A stretch of 64,000 nt of DNA from Lama glama (lineage: Eukaryota), in assembly GCA_028534125.1 (NCBI GenBank), contig CM052816.1:90274001-90338000 (forward strand), written 5' to 3'. Numbering within the stretch: the stretch's first letter is position 1; every line of letters begins with the position of its first letter. Of this stretch, positions 24,553-38,200 are shown piece after piece. The notes under the pieces were generated by a model. That model worked only from the letters and a program-made list of their open reading frames with translations, searched no databases and was not told the DNA's origin. The position numbers and the translations under genes are program-made.

Positions 24553-24823
24553 CTTACCCTTCCTCTTTCTCCCAGACAAGGATCAGTTATGTTTCTTTGA
24601 TATTTAATTGAGCTAATTTCTAAATTTTCCTAAATATTTTCTGTAGCTAAAGAGAATGGCCACTTTAAAAATTCAGTGGCTCATCTCCCTTACCTTCCTC
24701 TTTCTCCCAGACAAGGATCAGTTATGTTTCTTTGATATTTAATTGAGCTAATTTCTAAATTTTCCTAAATATTTTCTGCAGCTAAAGAGAATGGCCACTT
24801 TAAAAATTCAGTGGCTCATCTCC
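24553..24823. repeat. Near-perfect 135/136-bp tandem duplication
   Basis: Copy 1 is 24553-24688 and copy 2 is 24689-24823. They differ by one C indel and one T/C substitution. Confidence 0.97.
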
Positions 24824-25391
24824 AGATCTATTCCAATTCTAAACAGACCTGATGGGACAAAATGTGGGGGGGACAGAGGAAAAAACTGAACAGAGTAAAC
24901 AAACACCACTTTCAAAACAATGGGAAGAAGCATCTCTGACTTAAACACGATTAGGAATGCCTCTCTTTCTCAATGTGAGGAGCTAGGTTATATCACTTCC
25001 AAAATGGGGGAAGATTCTACAATCTGAAGATTAAAAAGTCTGCAGTTTATACTGGTGAATAAATGGGGAAGGGGACTTAGAGAGCTCTGAACTACCTATG
25101 ACCCTTGGCAGGCTACATGCCACCACTGACTCCTGCTAATGTCCCCTCCCTTAATTACTCTTGAGTAAATAAGTACTTTTGACTTTGGAAGATGTAGAGC
25201 AAGAGGCTGGATCCTGACACGAAATCTATGCTGAGTGAATAGAATTCCCCAGAAGAAAGGTAAAGCTTTGATGATGGAGATTAGAAAAAGGAGAAAATCG
25301 CTCTCAAAGAGAGGCACAGAGACAAGACCAGGGTGGACATTCAAGGACACTCTGAACATGAAATGTGGCTTTTGAGGCATCAAATACTTGG

Positions 25392-25980
25392 TGTGCAGTT
25401 TAAAATATTTCTGTCTTAGTTTTAACTTTTTCTTTTGGTATCATTGGTAGAGTGTGGTACTTCCTAGAGCTTTCTGGAAAAGGGTTCTTGGGAATAAAAC
25501 ACCAGGAAATGAAGGGACGCATAGCCCGCCCCACATATCCCTCTCAGCTGGCCCCCAATGCAGGAAATGGCCAAGGGGGAGGGTTGTTGATTAAGCACTG
25601 GACGGCAGTGAAGTGAGTTTGAGGGAGACAGTTTAAGGGAGGGCAGGGAACAGAGAAAGAGCGATTTTGGGGAGCAGGCTGATATCAGACACAATGAGGG
25701 CAGCAAGATAACCCCTCTTCTCTTCCTAGAGTAATAGAGGGAGGTGATCCTCGATTAGAGAGAGGAATACTGACCTGCTGGGTTATATGTGCTGCAAAAT
25801 CACATGCTTCACAGTCTGAGATACCTACTGAGCATCAGCAGTGATGCAAAGATGTCTCAAGGACTCACCACTGTAATCTAATAGATGTGCTAGTGGCGCT
25901 GGACTAAAGAGTACTACATTGTGAAATGTACTGATTGCTGAAGTGGATATTAAAGCTTACTGCTTTAAATCATTTGGGGG
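25392..25980 (+). mobile_element. MamGypLTR1-like ancient Gypsy LTR
   Basis: TGTG start with a T-rich segment, purine-rich body with GACAGTTTAAGGGAG and AATGAGGGCAGCAAG...CTAGAGTA resembling the recalled MamGypLTR1. Confidence 0.45.
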
Positions 25981-26531
25981 GGAAAGTTTGATGTTAGCTC
26001 ATTAATTTTACATCATGTGATGCTACTAAAATCTCTTGGTTTCTACACAGTAGCAGTGCTAAATGGAGATTTTAAAATAATGAACAAAATGACTAATGGA
26101 TAAGGTCACTGAACCAATTAATGAAAACTCACATTTATGAAACATTTATAAGGAGATAAATACATTTCTCATAAAATGACTCAGTAGGGTGTTCATTAAG
26201 AGGTCAAGATCCTTAAAAAATGAGTAAATTCCCAAAATCAACATAGGCAACTTCTCTAAAACATTTCTATCTGTACAAAGAGAAATGTTTCTGTAAATAG
26301 CAAAAGCTCAACCTTGCCAAAGACTGTTCATTCGGTGCCTGGAACACTGAGATCATTTCTGCACTTCCAGGCACCCCTGCTATCAGGCGATCCTGCACAC
26401 AGACATTTGCCTGGACTTCTAAAACACCACATCTATCTGGCTATTCTTCTACCCAACAGATTTTCTGCGGTCGTTCCTGGCTTATTAAACTTAGCTCAGA
26501 TTTCTCTTCCTGGTGTTTATGCCCAACCATA

Positions 26532-27105
26532 TGTTTCCAGTTACCTATTGCTACACAACAAATCATCCCCAAACTGTGTGACTTCAAATGATGCTCATTT
26601 AATTACCTCTCATGGTTCCTGGAGGCCAGGAATCCACAGGTGGTCTGACAGGAAGTCTTCTATGAGGTTGTGGTGAGGGGAGGCTGGAGTTGGAACACTG
26701 GGACTGAAGTGACTGGGATGAGTGAAGCATCACTTCATCTTTATGCAGTGTCAGAACTTCTCCATGTGGTCCTCTTACAGGTGGCACTCTGGGCTTCCTC
26801 ACAGCATGGGCGCCTGGGGACAGTCAGAGAGCTGACGTGGCAGTGAAGGGCTCTAGGTCTAGTGTGATTGTTCCAGTGAAGGCAGCAGGAGCTACATGGC
26901 CTTTTATAACCTAGACTTGAAAATATCATAGTGTCCCTTTCACCATATACTTGTTCTCAGTCAGTCACTAAGGCTGGCCTAAAATCAAGGGTAGTGGCTA
27001 TAGACCTCATCACGTGATGTGAGGAGTCTCACTGTCACACTGTGACAAGTGTGTGGGATGGGAGATATCAATGTTGTCACCTTGGAAAATACCATATGCG
27101 TCACA
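26532..27105 (-). mobile_element. MLT1G/H-like MaLR LTR
   Basis: CAGTTACCTATTGCT...GGGCTTCCTCACAGCATGG...GGCCTTTTATAACCTAG...GTCACA. Confidence 0.85.
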
Positions 27106-27204
27106 ACCTCCAACTGCACCACAATTATTCAACCTAAATGATGTTTTCACTTGGTTTCTAGGTCCTCATTTCTCCCTTACTTCACCAAATATACTCTTTG
27201 ACAT

Positions 27205-27579
27205 TTTGGGTTATTGCTATAAAACAACCACCCTCTTGTAGTGGGTAGAGTCTATGCCCCTGCCTTGTTGATACTGTTTGGCCATGTGACTAATAGCCAA
27301 TAAAAATTTTACAGATGTGATGCAAACAGCGACTTTAGCTGTGATTGCCTGTTTTTGCTTGGATCTTAAACTACAGTGATCTGCTTTAAGAAGAGGTTTT
27401 TTCAGTAGTGGATGCCCCTTTAGCCTGGGCCCCAAAAGAACAAACATGGAGCATACCTAAACCAATCCACTGCCTGGAGCCAATCTCAGCTGATAGCAGC
27501 TTGAATGAATCACCCCAGCCACTGAGTTTTTGACAGTTTGTTATGTGGCTGCATTATTTTGGCTGTGGTGACTAATACA
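27205..27579 (+). mobile_element. MLT1I/J-like MaLR LTR
   Basis: GGCCATGTGACT...AGCCTGGGCCCC...GCCACTGAGTTTT...TGACTAATACA. Confidence 0.75.
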
Positions 27580-27769
27580 TATCCTATTGCTTCAGTGAGA
27601 CTCATTTCTTCATTATATTTCCTAAACTTCCACACATAGTCTGATCTCTGCTCATAGCATTTCTTTGTCTGTTTTGGAATGGTACGTCCCACTCTTCTAT
27701 CCACTTTCATATCCTCTCAGTTTTCAAGGCTGCTCATATTTTCTGTCTCTCTAAGAACTCAGACTAGCT

Positions 27770-28011
27770 TACAAAGTGATGAGAGACCATGTGGAGAAAA
27801 GTGACATTGTTCCAGACCAACTGACAGCAAGTTGATCCCAAACATGTGATGGAACATAACTGAGATCAGCAGTGACATCTCACCCACAGCTGACTGTGGA
27901 TGGATGAGTGAGCCCAGCCTACCATAGACTTATGAGCAATAATCCATGATTGTTATTTTAAGCCATTGTGTTTTAGAATAGTTTGTTACCCAGCAATAAC
28001 TAACTCATACA
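27770..28011 (+). mobile_element. MLT1-family LTR 3' half
   Basis: TTGTTATTTTAAGCCATTGTGTTTTAGAATAGTTTGTTACCCAGCAATAACTAACTCATACA terminus. Confidence 0.8.
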
Positions 28012-29289
28012 CAGGTGTTTATTAATCCTGTTCAAATATATTAAAATACTAGCTCATATTAACTTATATGGGCTATTTTTCAATTCGTAAAAACAAAGTG
28101 GAGAAAAAATTTACTAAATAAAGATTATAATGTTTTCATAGATTACAATAAAACTGTGCTACATAAAAAGTACACTACACTTGAAAATTATTCTTTAAAA
28201 ATTATCTAGTATTCCAATGAGAAATTTGGTGTTTGCCTATAAATTTAATTGATTACATACTGAGGCACTTAAAGACTAGGGGCCCTATCACACCCTCATA
28301 AAACTAAATAAAGAAACTTGAATGTAGAAAACTTTTTAATGTTACTTTTACCATTTCCTCTCCCCTCACACTCTCCTTTCTCCATCAGTACTTTGAAAAT
28401 ATCATGCTATTTGAAATTTCAGCACATTTCTTCATGCTATTTTCTTTGTTTCTGCTTTTATCTGTCTATGTAATGCTTACCTATCCTTAAAAACTAGTTC
28501 AAATATCACTTTCTCCAGAAAGCCCCTTCAGATTTAAAAATTTGATTATAATTCTACTTTTTGGTGTCCCCACTCCACCCTGTAAATATTTCTGTCATAG
28601 TCTGACAATGGGGAAAATAGTAGCACATACTAGTCACTGATTGAGAGATAAATCACGTTCTGTAGGCTAGCACTCCAACTGGTGGAATAATTCCATGTGT
28701 CATCTGGAAAAGTCTGGAGTGTGAACAATGCAGCGATCTAATGAATCTGTGAGCTCAGATGCAAAAATGTGGATGAGAGATGAACAGAGTCATACTGGTT
28801 CAGCTATTTCAGTAACAGAATCATTAGATTCATAGACATCACTGGGTGTGTCTGATTCATACCACATTTTCAGTTGTGACTACTGAAGGTCTCCATGCCA
28901 TCATGGTACTAACAGTTACTGAAAATTATCAGCTGCCCTTGAATTTTCCAAAGATATAAATAATCAGGTTGTGAGTCTACCTCTACAAGTAGTTGTTCTA
29001 TAGACCTTTAAGTCACAAGTTTTGTAAATGAGTCATAACTCAAGTTACAATTGCTAATTTTCCCAGAAAGGTCCTGATTTACAAAGTTTAACCCAGCAAA
29101 ATCATGAGTAGTATTTATTTTACTCTCAAAAGCTCCTTAATTTAGATATTAAATTGTATTGTAACCGTGGTCACATTTTTTATGTAAAACAGATCTTTCT
29201 ATATAAACTTGCAGTTATTTTAAATTCAACATTAGCCAGTTATTGTTATGTCAAATAATAGATGATTTTTTTGTTTTTACTTTTTCATT

Positions 29290-29965
29290 ACTTTTATTGA
29301 ATTCAATTTATATACAGTAATATGTACTGATTTTAAGCACATAGTTTATTGAATTTTGATAAATGCAATCACACATGTGTGCACCACTAATTAAGAACAA
29401 TTCTATTATCCATAAAGTTTCTTCATGTCCCTTTCTAGTCTATTCCCTGCTTCCTCCAGGCAACTACATTTCTGATTTTTTGCACCATTCCTTAGTTTGT
29501 GTATGCTGCAAGTTTGTACAAGTGGAAATATATACAATATACTATATACCATTTTTTTTTGCTTCTTTTGTCCAAGGTAATGTTTTGACATTCATGCAAA
29601 CTGTTGTGAGTATCAATAGTTTATTCCTTTTCATTATTGCCTAGTACTCTGGGTATGCGTATAACATAATTTGTTAATCCATTCACCTGAGGATCAGTGT
29701 GTGGGCTATTATAGGACAAAGCTGATAAAAATATTGTAGCACATGTCTTTTTGTGTCCAAAAGTTTTTATTTTTCTTGGATTAGTACCCAGTAGTGAAAT
29801 GGCTATGTCACAGAGTAAGCACATGCATAAATTTACTAAAACACTATCATACTCTTCCAATTAGTTGTACCATTCTTTATTCCAAACATCAATGTATGAG
29901 TCCCAATTGCTCTACATCCCCTTCAACATTTGACATTTATAATCTATTCAGTTTTAGCCAGTATA
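29290..29965 (-). mobile_element. Old L1 (L1ME-like) 3' end
   Basis: Antisense L1 3'UTR and ORF2 tail. ORF 29621-29860 (-) is degenerate L1 C-terminus (AISLLGTNPRKIKTF). Confidence 0.8.
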
Positions 29966-32659
29966 GCAAGAAGAAGTAGCAAAAATAATATCTGAATATT
30001 GATCATAACCAAAATAATTTTCAAAAATATTTTCCAAAACTACAATCTCAACACTGAAAATAAAGTTAATTTTAATTAAGTCAACTAACCACAAAATAAA
30101 CAGAACTGATTTTAAGTCTTCCAATTTATCTTTATTTAAATACTTTAAAATATATTTTTAAAATCATTATATACCAAAATTTTGAACAAGAAAAGGAGAT
30201 TGGCAGAACACACATATTTCGACTGTCATTTTCTTAATGGAAGAAAATGATTACCATATTCCAACTTTAGAAATTATTTTATTTTATGCTTCTTAATAGC
30301 TCAATAATCATTTCAAAGAAGGTTTGGGGATTCTTGTTCATGGTCAAACTGGAAAATATAGCAATAATCTTAAAATCCTAAAGTTTGAAAATTTTGTTAC
30401 CAGGTCAGAAAAATTATATTCTTTTTAGTTCAGTTAGCTTACTTTAGAGTAACATTATTCATAAAACTATGCTCAAAGAAAATAAGGAATGAAAAAATTT
30501 GAAGCCAAAAAATACATGATGCTAATTTTGTTAAATGGCTATTTGATCACAGAAATCATACAAAAATCTTACTTAAAAATGAATTATTGTATTTAAAGAT
30601 AGCTGAGTAGCATTCTCAGCCTGAATATGTTCATTTCTATTTTTAAACATCTGGTTATAGTTCGAAGGAATACTTTTAGTAAAGAATATTTCAAAAGACT
30701 TAATACAGTGTTTGACTAAGTAAGAATTATCTAATTCAAAATAGAATTCACTGTTTGTACTACCCACCCACATAGTCAAGGAAGTAAATGACACAAAGGT
30801 CATTCACCTGTAATCAGTTCAATATCTCAGGCTCCTCAGTGGAGCAACCCAAATTACAAAGTGAAAATCTCTTAAAGCTATGGCTGACTATTATTTGAAG
30901 ATGAGTCTCTCCAGGGTAACTTTGGGGAAAGACACTCAATTACTAGAATCAATCATCAATCACCATACTAGCATAAGTCCATTATCCTGTAAGCCTAGGA
31001 GCTTTGGATAAAATTTATTTGATGAATCTCAATGAATCATAACTTTTTTGCTAAGAAAGCAATCAGAAACACAATTTAATATTAAATAGAAAGATAAATA
31101 TATTTATCAAGCTACATTACAATCCATTTTTTAATTTATTATATACTAGTAACATAGCATTTACCTTGTTTCACTATCTAAAATAGATATTATTTATAAA
31201 TCCATTATTTTACTAGAAAAATATAAATGTATAAATATATGTAGAATTCTAATTTTCATATTATCAAAACAAGAGTTAGAATACATGAACTTCTGATTAG
31301 CCATAAGAAAGCACATAGAGTGATTCACCATGCTTCACTCGGCATTATATATAAATGAAATTCCTGAAAGTTCAGATATGGAAGAAACTAAACGCATCAG
31401 AGCTTAAGAAAAAAAAAAAAAAGAACATAGCCATTAGAAAGTCTTAAAATACTTTGATAACAAAGGACATAAAATCAATTAAGCAAGGTAAGCATGGTTT
31501 GTCTCATGGAATGTCAGCTAAACTTAAAACGTTGCTACCACTGCTGAATGCAGCCAGCCATGGAAAAATCTAGTACTCTGTGTCATACCCATCCACCCTA
31601 CGCTCTTTTCTTGGACTCAGCTGAACCTTTAGCTGTCTTGGAAGGGCTGAGGCATCTCTGTGCAGTCTACCTGTTTTTCCAAAACTCAGCGATCTCAACC
31701 TTTCCATCAAGCTGTTGCTGTATTTAGTTTGTTCTAAGTCCAATATGTATTGAAATACTTGTTTATACCTTAGAAAGTTAATCTCTGATTGGCTTTACTG
31801 GTATTTTTATTAGGAGTATTTTTTCTTAGACTATTTTTTCAAAGCTGCCTGTGGTTTTAGTACCCTACATTTGACCCTGTTTTTGGTGTAAGTCCCTTTA
31901 ATTTTAAGCTGATGATTCTACAGAACGTGAGGGGTTTTTTAGGAACACATGTACTGTATTACAGTAGATATGTCTACAAGACACACATACATAATCATTT
32001 GTTAGGTGTTCCCACCATTCCTACTTAAGAGAGCAAATGAACCTACATCGAAATATTTCTGCCCTTGCCTCAACTCCACCAAGTGTTTGTGTGCACACGT
32101 GCACACACACAAACACGCACACACACCACTTGTTATAATCATTCTACCAACGAGCATGATAATTACATAAAACTTCTGAATGCCATCAAGTATGTTGAGG
32201 GAATTCATTCATAAATTTAGCACCATGGCAGGCACTTATGTAAGCATGATGGGGCATTCCTACAGACCTCTAGATGCTTGCATTCTCAGGATGGACCCAA
32301 ATAACATGCACAAAACTGTTCAAAGTGATTGTATAAGGCAGTGAGAATTGTCAAAACAGGTGCTTTTTACAGGAAAGATCACAAGAGTTCAGAGGAAGGA
32401 AGATCTTTGTGGGTCCAAGCACAAGGTCAAACCAAATTAACTGCAATCTTGAGTGACTGGAGAAGCTGTAGGAAACAGGAACATATCCCATCTTCCTGAG
32501 CATCAATTTTACTTAATGGTAACTTAAAACTTTAATTTTGTCATTATGAAATATGATTATGAGTCAAAGTCAGGTTTCAACTATGCATGCATGATTTAGA
32601 AGAGCTTTCTGAGGCCAGACACTTCAGCCTCACCCCACCACTCATTCCATCCCTTTACT

Positions 32660-33900
32660 TTATTTTTTAATTAGAAAATGTCAAACAAATAATTTAAAAA
32701 GTATTATTCTAAATGACCGTATATGTGCCATCCATATTGAATATTTTGCCTTGTCTGATTTAAATTTAAACTTCAGAGGACCGTTAAGGAATTAATGCCT
32801 CCTTTGTACCCCACTATGGTATCCAACCCATTCCCTCTCTGCATGGATGACTCATCTTCCTAAATATGTTAAACATACTTTCTGTTCATGTGTTCTTGGC
32901 TTGTAGCCATTGATAGCTATCCTAGAACAATATATAGTATTACTTTCAGTATTATACAAGTTCTCATACAAAAGATCATTTTGTACAACACTATGTGGCT
33001 AGTTTATTTTTTCTTATTCATTATGTGTTTTTAAGAATTATCCAGGTTGATGTATGGATCCTGGAACACTCATTCTAATAGCTCTAAAACATTCCATTGG
33101 ATGAATATGCCAAAATAATTCTCTCTCTTTTGCCTTTGATAGACATTTTTCTTTATTGCATGCAATGCTTCTAAGAACTTTTTTGTATGCGTCTCCTTTT
33201 GTGCATCTGTAAAAATATCTCCATTGGATTCCAAGAAATGAAAATGCCAAGCTATGGGCTATACACAACTTCACCTTCAATGAACATTATCAAATTATTA
33301 TGGATGGTGTTGATAGTCACCAAATATATCCACCTCTCTGCTTTCCAGTCACTTCTGCCACACATAGGTTTAGGTGGGACCACGTGACTAGTTCTGGCCA
33401 ATGAGTAGTGAACAGAAGAGGTGTTGCCTTCTGCTATTTTTAAGCATATGAAGTTATTTTTCATTGCGTTTTAATTTTATTTCCCTTGATAGCATGTAAA
33501 GAGATTGTGCAATTCTTCATTTGTTTATTGACTATTACTGTTTATTGCCGCTGGGGATTTCAGCTTCAATGAATTAATACTATTGCCAATTTTCCTACTG
33601 CATTGGTTACACTTTCTTAATTATTTGTCGTTCATTTTAGATTCTGGGTTCATATCAATTAACATGGCATAAATTACCAATGTCTTCTCCTAGACTTTGT
33701 CTTATTTTTTTAATTTTGTGTAATGTTTCTTCAATTACAGAGATCATTTTTTAAAATTTAATGTATTTAAACATATAAGCTTATCCTTTTATGATATAAA
33801 TCTTTTTGCATATTTGCATATTTAAAATAGACTTTATTACTTCTGTCATAAATGTGTTCTCATAATATTGCTTCTTTTTTTTTACTTATAGAGTGTTTAG
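32660..33900 (-). mobile_element. Highly degenerate L1ME-like 3' region with an MLT1 5' fragment (~33300-33450, + strand)
   Basis: Degenerate antisense L1 motifs. GGGACCACGTGACTAGTTCTGGCCAATGAG is an MLT1 5' motif. Confidence 0.6.
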
Positions 33901-34836
33901 TAAAAAGAAAAGATTATAATTTGTGGCATAGAATACAATGATTCTTTCAAAAATAATCATAGTCAGAAACACACATAAAATTTATTCTATAGAGTAGAAT
34001 CATTTCTTAAAAATTATCCAATACTGGTAAATCAAAATATGTATTAAAAATCTGAAGATACGCCATCATCTATGGAACCAGTACTAAAATATTTTGAATA
34101 ATGCTTTTCCATTTCTTACGAAAGGAAGGATCTTAATTTTAAGTCTCCTAAAATCACTGGAAATGGCTCAGAATAGAATGGAGTGAGCAAATAATATGTT
34201 TTATTGTTATTAGTGAAACTGGAAAGTCCAAAGAACATTCAATGAAGGTTATTTTGTGCAATACTAAAATGGATGCTAAAGATATTTAAAACATCATTTA
34301 AAACAACATTAAAAATGAGACTTCTGTGAATACAAATGTCAACTCAACAATTCAGATCTACCTGCAAATAATGATAGTGAAAAATAAGGATTAAATATGT
34401 TTGTAAAAAAAGTGTCCTAAAAGTAGCAACCATTAGGTAAATATTAACCATGCCAAAACCTGGAAGGAAAAAAGAGTATAGACAAGGTCAGAACTCAAAA
34501 CTTTTCTTCCCCCTGAGGCTGATTCTTAATTATGGGAGGAAAGCCATGTGACATAAATGGGTTTGAATGATAATTCAGGACAAAGGGAAAAATACCAAAG
34601 TCCAGGGGCTACCTGAGTTTAGAAATGTTCGAGTGGGAGTTCCAAGTAACCCCCTTCCTTGAAGCACAGATTCAAAAGGTTAGATTTCAGAGTAATTGCA
34701 TACAGTGTCCGTCTCCCAAATTTGCAATCTAGCTTCAAATTATTTGTGTAGTCAGGAATTCTCAAGCCTTGAACTTGTATTAAAGCAGTGTAGAGGAAGA
34801 GATGTGCTTCCATGGACAACAGTGTACTGTCTTGAG

Positions 34837-35042
34837 CAGGAGGTGGCAAACCCAGCCCTCTGGCCAAATTCAGCTCAGCATCAGCTTCTGTAAATAAGAT
34901 TTCATTGGAATCCAGTCATACCTTTGTGTTTCACATTGTCTGTGGCCACTTCAGCTCCACAATGGCTGACTTGAGTACTCAGCACACGCAGTCTAAAATA
35001 TTTCCTATTTAGCTCTTAACAGAACACTTTGCCCACCTCTTG
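34837..35042. mobile_element. MER58A-like hAT-Charlie MITE
   Basis: TIR-like ends CAGGAGGTGGCAAAC / CTTTGCCCACCTCTTG, internal GTAAATAAGATTTCATTGGAA. Confidence 0.85.
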
Positions 35043-35854
35043 CCTAAAGTACACCTTTCTGGGTTATCTTATTCTGATTTTTTGGGAGGTACTTCATCAC
35101 TCCGTAAATTGTAGATAGTTGATAGAAATACATGATAATTCTTGTCTGTAAATACGAAAGCATAGGTTCAATCCATTTCTCTCCCCTACTGTAGATGAAG
35201 CTAGTTTTATCTCCAAATGTTACGTTCATTTCATTCATTTCAATATTCCTGATGCAAACATATGTATACATGTATACACAGTCCTTGGATTTTCCTTTGA
35301 GCTGTTTAACATCTTCCCAGTCTCCTAAATGAGTTAAATGAAATCCTTATCACATGTTTGTTTTTGTATCTGTATGAAAGTCATCATTTTAAATTTCTTT
35401 CAAAAATCATTCTTCAACAGCGCTCTCGGATTGAGTTGTCCCTGTTTGAGGTTGAGCTACATAAGTGTGTAACCAAGCATGTGCTGACTTATTGATGAAA
35501 CAGATAGGAATACTTGATTTCTTAGCACATATTGTGATGTCGGTGGCAATTTTGTATGTAGTTTAACACTGAACCGTCAAACCTCAGCCAGGACAAAACT
35601 CTGTACATGGGCAGTTGTGCTATTTGTAGTGCAGCACATGTTTGTTTCCTAAAAACATGAGAATTCTCATAAAATGCTTACTGAAGGTTCTTCATCAAAT
35701 AGAAAAGTTAGTGTGTTTGTAATTACATTTGCTGCATTATCTAGTTCATTTTTCAAAACAGTTACTTCAGTGAGAACTACATCTTACCCTTACATTTACA
35801 CATCTGACGATTAAGGACATTTTCCAATGATTTGCTTCTGATTCTATGCGTTTT

Positions 35855-36247
35855 TCTCTTAGTCTAATCAGGCTGCTGTAACAAAATGCCAGAGACTGGC
35901 TGGTTTGAACAACAGACATTTCTCACAGTTAAGGAGACTGAGAAGGCCAAAACCAAGGTGCCAGCATGGCTGGGTTCTTGGTGAGAGCCCTCTTCCTGGC
36001 TTGCAGACAGCTGCCTTCTCGGAGTATTTTCACATAGAGACAGAGAGAGACAGAGAGACAGAAAGACAGAGAAAGCTCTAGTCTCTCTTCTTTTTCTTAT
36101 AAGAATGCTAATCCTATCTTCAGGTACCAGCCCTCATGACTCTTCTAAATTGAATGATTTCCCAAAACCTCTAACTCTAAATACCGTTGCATTTGGTAGG
36201 GTTTCAATAAATGAATTGGAAGGGGCACAAACTCTCAGTCTACAACA
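35855..36247 (-). mobile_element. MLT1A0-like MaLR LTR
   Basis: CTTAGTCTAATCAGGCTGCTGTAACAAAATGCC...CAAGGTGCCAGCATGG...CTCAGTCTACAACA. Confidence 0.9.
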
Positions 36248-36765
36248 TATTTCAAGGTGTGTTTCTACTTTACAGCCTAACTATTTCCAGTGCTGTGTGT
36301 AAAGGAAACAGTAAGAGTAACTGAACTCCACAGGAACGTGACCGTAAACCCCTCAGGTACAGCCCACTGAACAAAACCAGTGGTCTCCTCGTCTCTTCCT
36401 CGCCTTAGCTGAGTCCTAAATGTGCCACCTGCACCACAGTGCCTGAGGGGAAGTTTTACTGAAAGGAAGGCCGAATGGAAGAAAGAGCAGTCTCAACAAA
36501 ATTGCAGTCCCAATATTTTAATTTTTAAAGCTCTGTTGGGCCCTTCCTGAGGTAAGCAGTGCAGTGTCTCTCACTGCGCTCTGGGCTCTTTCATTTTCTG
36601 CCTTTGCCAGCTTAAAGCTTCTTCCCTGGTGAAATGTATTTAAATAATAATTGGTGGTTTGAGAAAGAGAACATTTCAAATATCATTACATCTTAATGTG
36701 AATATAGGATGAAGAGGTACAGGATGTGACCAAGATCGAGATTTATTTGATCTTGCTTCACTTAC

Positions 36766-36859
36766 TCAATTGCAGAACTTAAAGGAAAGCTTTTAAATGA
36801 AGAATCTTCATTTTGCAACACATAGAGTTTAGCTCCAAAGAACACCCTCCATCTGTTTC
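36766..36859 (-). other. Candidate 94-nt internal exon of an unidentified minus-strand transcript
   Basis: Minus-strand acceptor TTTCTTTTCCTTTCAG| and donor TGA|GTAAGTG, in unique sequence. Confidence 0.45.
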
Positions 36860-37679
36860 CTGAAAGGAAAAGAAATCCAAGCTTTTCAGACAATCAAGGA
36901 TAAAGCCTATTACCAATAATGTACGGAAAATCAAATAGCAAAACCCCACGTGCGGATAAAGCAAACAGAAATCTCAATATACCAATTTAAGATTTAATCT
37001 AAAGGCTGCCAAGAATAAAAATCAGTCTGACTCCTATATATAAACCTCGTTGTTTTGTGAACTCTTTCTACGTACACGGTTTCCATGAGACTGTTGGTGG
37101 CAACCTATTGTCACAGAAATCATTCTGCTGCAGTTAGACGGCAAATCTGTGAAATTACTGCTGCATCATAAGGCTTCTACACTTGAGAACAGGTGTAAAA
37201 ATCAGTCTTTCACTTGATCTTTTCTCATCTCTAAAGCCAAGTCATTAGAATTGTTTATTTTTCACTGCAAAAGAGCATCTGAGAGTTTGGTATCTTGAAT
37301 TGTTCGATTTTCCAGTGATTTAAATGGAAAGATGTCCCACCTCTTTGATGCTCACCCACTGAAGTTATATAACTGCTCCTCATAAGAAAGATGATGTTTG
37401 TCTGCTCTTAAATATGTAAGAATGAATGCTTCAAATGAAAACCAGGAAGCTCTGCTGGATCTGAGACAATTTGCAATTAAATTAGAAAAGAACACTCTGG
37501 CCAGTGTGAATACTGATCTCCAAAATTAGTCTCGTGCCACCAACCTATCAAATGTATGTGCTTTCAAGTCTAAGTTATATCACTATACACCATAAATGTT
37601 AGTATGCTTAATCCTGTAAAATACTTCCAGGTAAAGTAATCACATTTAACAAACACATCTACTTTAGTTTTAGCCCAAA

Positions 37680-38200
37680 CTCCAACAAAAAACATTAAAA
37701 GTATTATAATTTTAAAAGCCTTAAAATATAAGTCTAAAAGCCACAAAGATGATTAGAGAGGAAACCACAGCAGTAAAATATTGAAAACTGAAAAGTGCGA
37801 AGACCAGAGGTATGGCTTAAATAAGTTATCAGTATGAAAAGTCAATTAAAAAATCCTTATTTATACTGAAAAAATTTTTAAAAAGCTAAGAATTTTGAAG
37901 CACCAGGAGATTATAGAAGTAAGGGGAGAAAAAGGGACTAAAACCAGAGGGGATGTTTTAAAATATTTTTTTAAGGAACAGTAGGATTCCTAAGAGCTCC
38001 TTTCTCTCTTCTGGCAAAAAGTTGATACATACCAAGATAGAAAACTAAAAATGTAAAAGTAGTTGCTTCCGAGGAGTGGAAAATGTGGATGAATTTTGTG
38101 AACCTTGTAAAGCTCTATGACACTATGCATAAAACTGGTAAAAACCAAAAAATTTAAGTGTAAAAATAACAAATAAATATAAAAAGAACTTTAAATATTT
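37680..38200 (+). mobile_element. HAL1/old-L1-like fragments
   Basis: A-rich degenerate sequence with an AAAAGTAGTTGCTTCCGAGGAG-type HAL1/L1ME 3' motif. Confidence 0.4.

Noticed and set aside
25885..25905. CTCF-like GCTAGTGGCGCTG
   Set aside because: Poor match in the 5' half of the core.
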